Below, piece after piece: positions 37,256 through 38,034 of a DNA stretch of 38,034 bases. Origin of the DNA: an uncultured Gammaproteobacteria bacterium (lineage in GTDB: Bacteria; Patescibacteriota; Patescibacteriia; Buchananbacterales; GWA2-38-13); contig CAYJWS010000002.1 in NCBI GenBank assembly GCA_964373925.1, forward strand, positions 4,280-42,313, written 5' to 3'. The notes beneath the pieces were generated by a model. That model saw only the letters and a program-made list of their open reading frames with translations. It did no database searches and was not told the DNA's origin. The position numbers were made by a program, and so were the translations under genes. Position 1 is the first letter of the stretch; every line of letters begins with the position of its first letter.

Positions 37256-37984
37256 CTATCTTCCTCTCAAAACAAGATAAGGAAAAATAATCACTGCGTC
37301 AACAATTCTCTTCCATCGCCTTGGTTCTAAAATAAGCCTATACAACCATTCAAAGCCGATTTTTTGGATACACTTTGGAGCGCGCTTTTTCGCGCCTGAT
37401 AGATAATCTATGGCGCCTCCGACTCCAATGGCAATTTTAACTGATGGAAATTTTGACAGATTATAAAAAATAAACTTTTCTTGCTTGCCATGCCCCAGTG
37501 CTACAAACAGAATATCGGGCACTGCCCTTTGAATATTTTCTAAAACTTCTGTTTCAATATTTTTTACGTCTTGCACCGGCCTATCATACGTTCCCGCAAT
37601 TTGCATATTAGGATATTTTTTCTTCAAAACCTCTCCTGCTTTTTTCGGAACTCCCCTATCCCCGCCGAGAAGATATATTGAATAACTTTTTTGTTCGGCA
37701 ATGCCCGCAATGATATGTATGGCATCATTGCCGGTTACGCGATGAATAATTTTTTTATGTAAAAAAATATTCGCGAAAAGCATCCCTATCCCATCGGGCA
37801 AAGACATACTGGTAGAATTCAGTATGGAAAAAAATTCTTTATCTTTTTGCGCCAAAATAACAAACTCCGGATTGGGAGTGGCTATAAAATGTTGTTTTTC
37901 ATGCTCAAGCAGACTTTTGATCTCGCGGATACATTCTTCATGAGTATAATCATCAATCCTAACTCCTAAAATTTCATATTTCAT
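37256..37984 (-). CDS. WecB/TagA/CpsF family glycosyltransferase (GT26)
   Basis: TPNPE, PDGIG, RVTG.D, VALG..KQE, GVGG..D, RAP, EWLYRL..EP.RW.R. Confidence 0.93.
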   Translation of the reverse strand: MKYEILGVRIDDYTHEECIREIKSLLEHEKQHFIATPNPEFVILAQKDKEFFSILNSTSMSLPDGIGMLFANIFLHKKIIHRVTGNDAIHIIAGIAEQKSYSIYLLGGDRGVPKKAGEVLKKKYPNMQIAGTYDRPVQDVKNIETEVLENIQRAVPDILFVALGHGKQEKFIFYNLSKFPSVKIAIGVGGAIDYLSGAKKRAPKCIQKIGFEWLYRLILEPRRWKRIVDAVIIFPYLVLRGR

Positions 37985-38034
37985 AATATCACGCTGTGAA
38001 ATAAAAATAAAATACTAACTTTTGTCATCCTCGC

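Noticed and set aside
1..38034. Alternative genetic code (TGA=Gly, as in Gracilibacteria/Absconditabacteria)
   Set aside because: Core genes are full length in code 11 and several end at TGA, some with ATGA coupling

Overview
AT-rich bacterial housekeeping region, translated with the standard code 11 (TGA is used as stop). Gene content and order suggest Patescibacteria/CPR (Parcubacteria-like); this is an inference, based on few Shine-Dalgarno motifs, reduced rpsB-tsf and frr-rseP-proS clusters, and two mreB genes. The + strand carries a partial O-antigen-ligase-like gene, rpsB-tsf, a lipoprotein, a lower-glycolysis cluster (gap, pgk, eno, two tandem gpmI), three GT2 glycosyltransferases, an orphan mreB, holB, an Asp-box lipoprotein, frr-rseP-hypothetical-proS, mreBCD-mrdA, greA, lysS, a RibL-like nucleotidyltransferase, serS, ddl and ftsQ. 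After an AT-rich gap at 33.4-33.7 kb the genes switch to the - strand: membrane protein, M23 peptidase, gltX, WecB/TagA. There are no rRNA, tRNA, CRISPR or transposase genes. The most notable signals are: (1) the MreB in the mreBCD operon lacks both acidic ATPase residues, while the orphan MreB keeps them; (2) a symmetric 11-6-11 dif-like site lies in the strand-switch gap; (3) a family of nested GTCAT...ATGAC palindromic elements, one of them inserted in the rpsB leader stem; (4) divergent tandem gpmI paralogues; (5) promoters positioned to give leaderless mRNAs.
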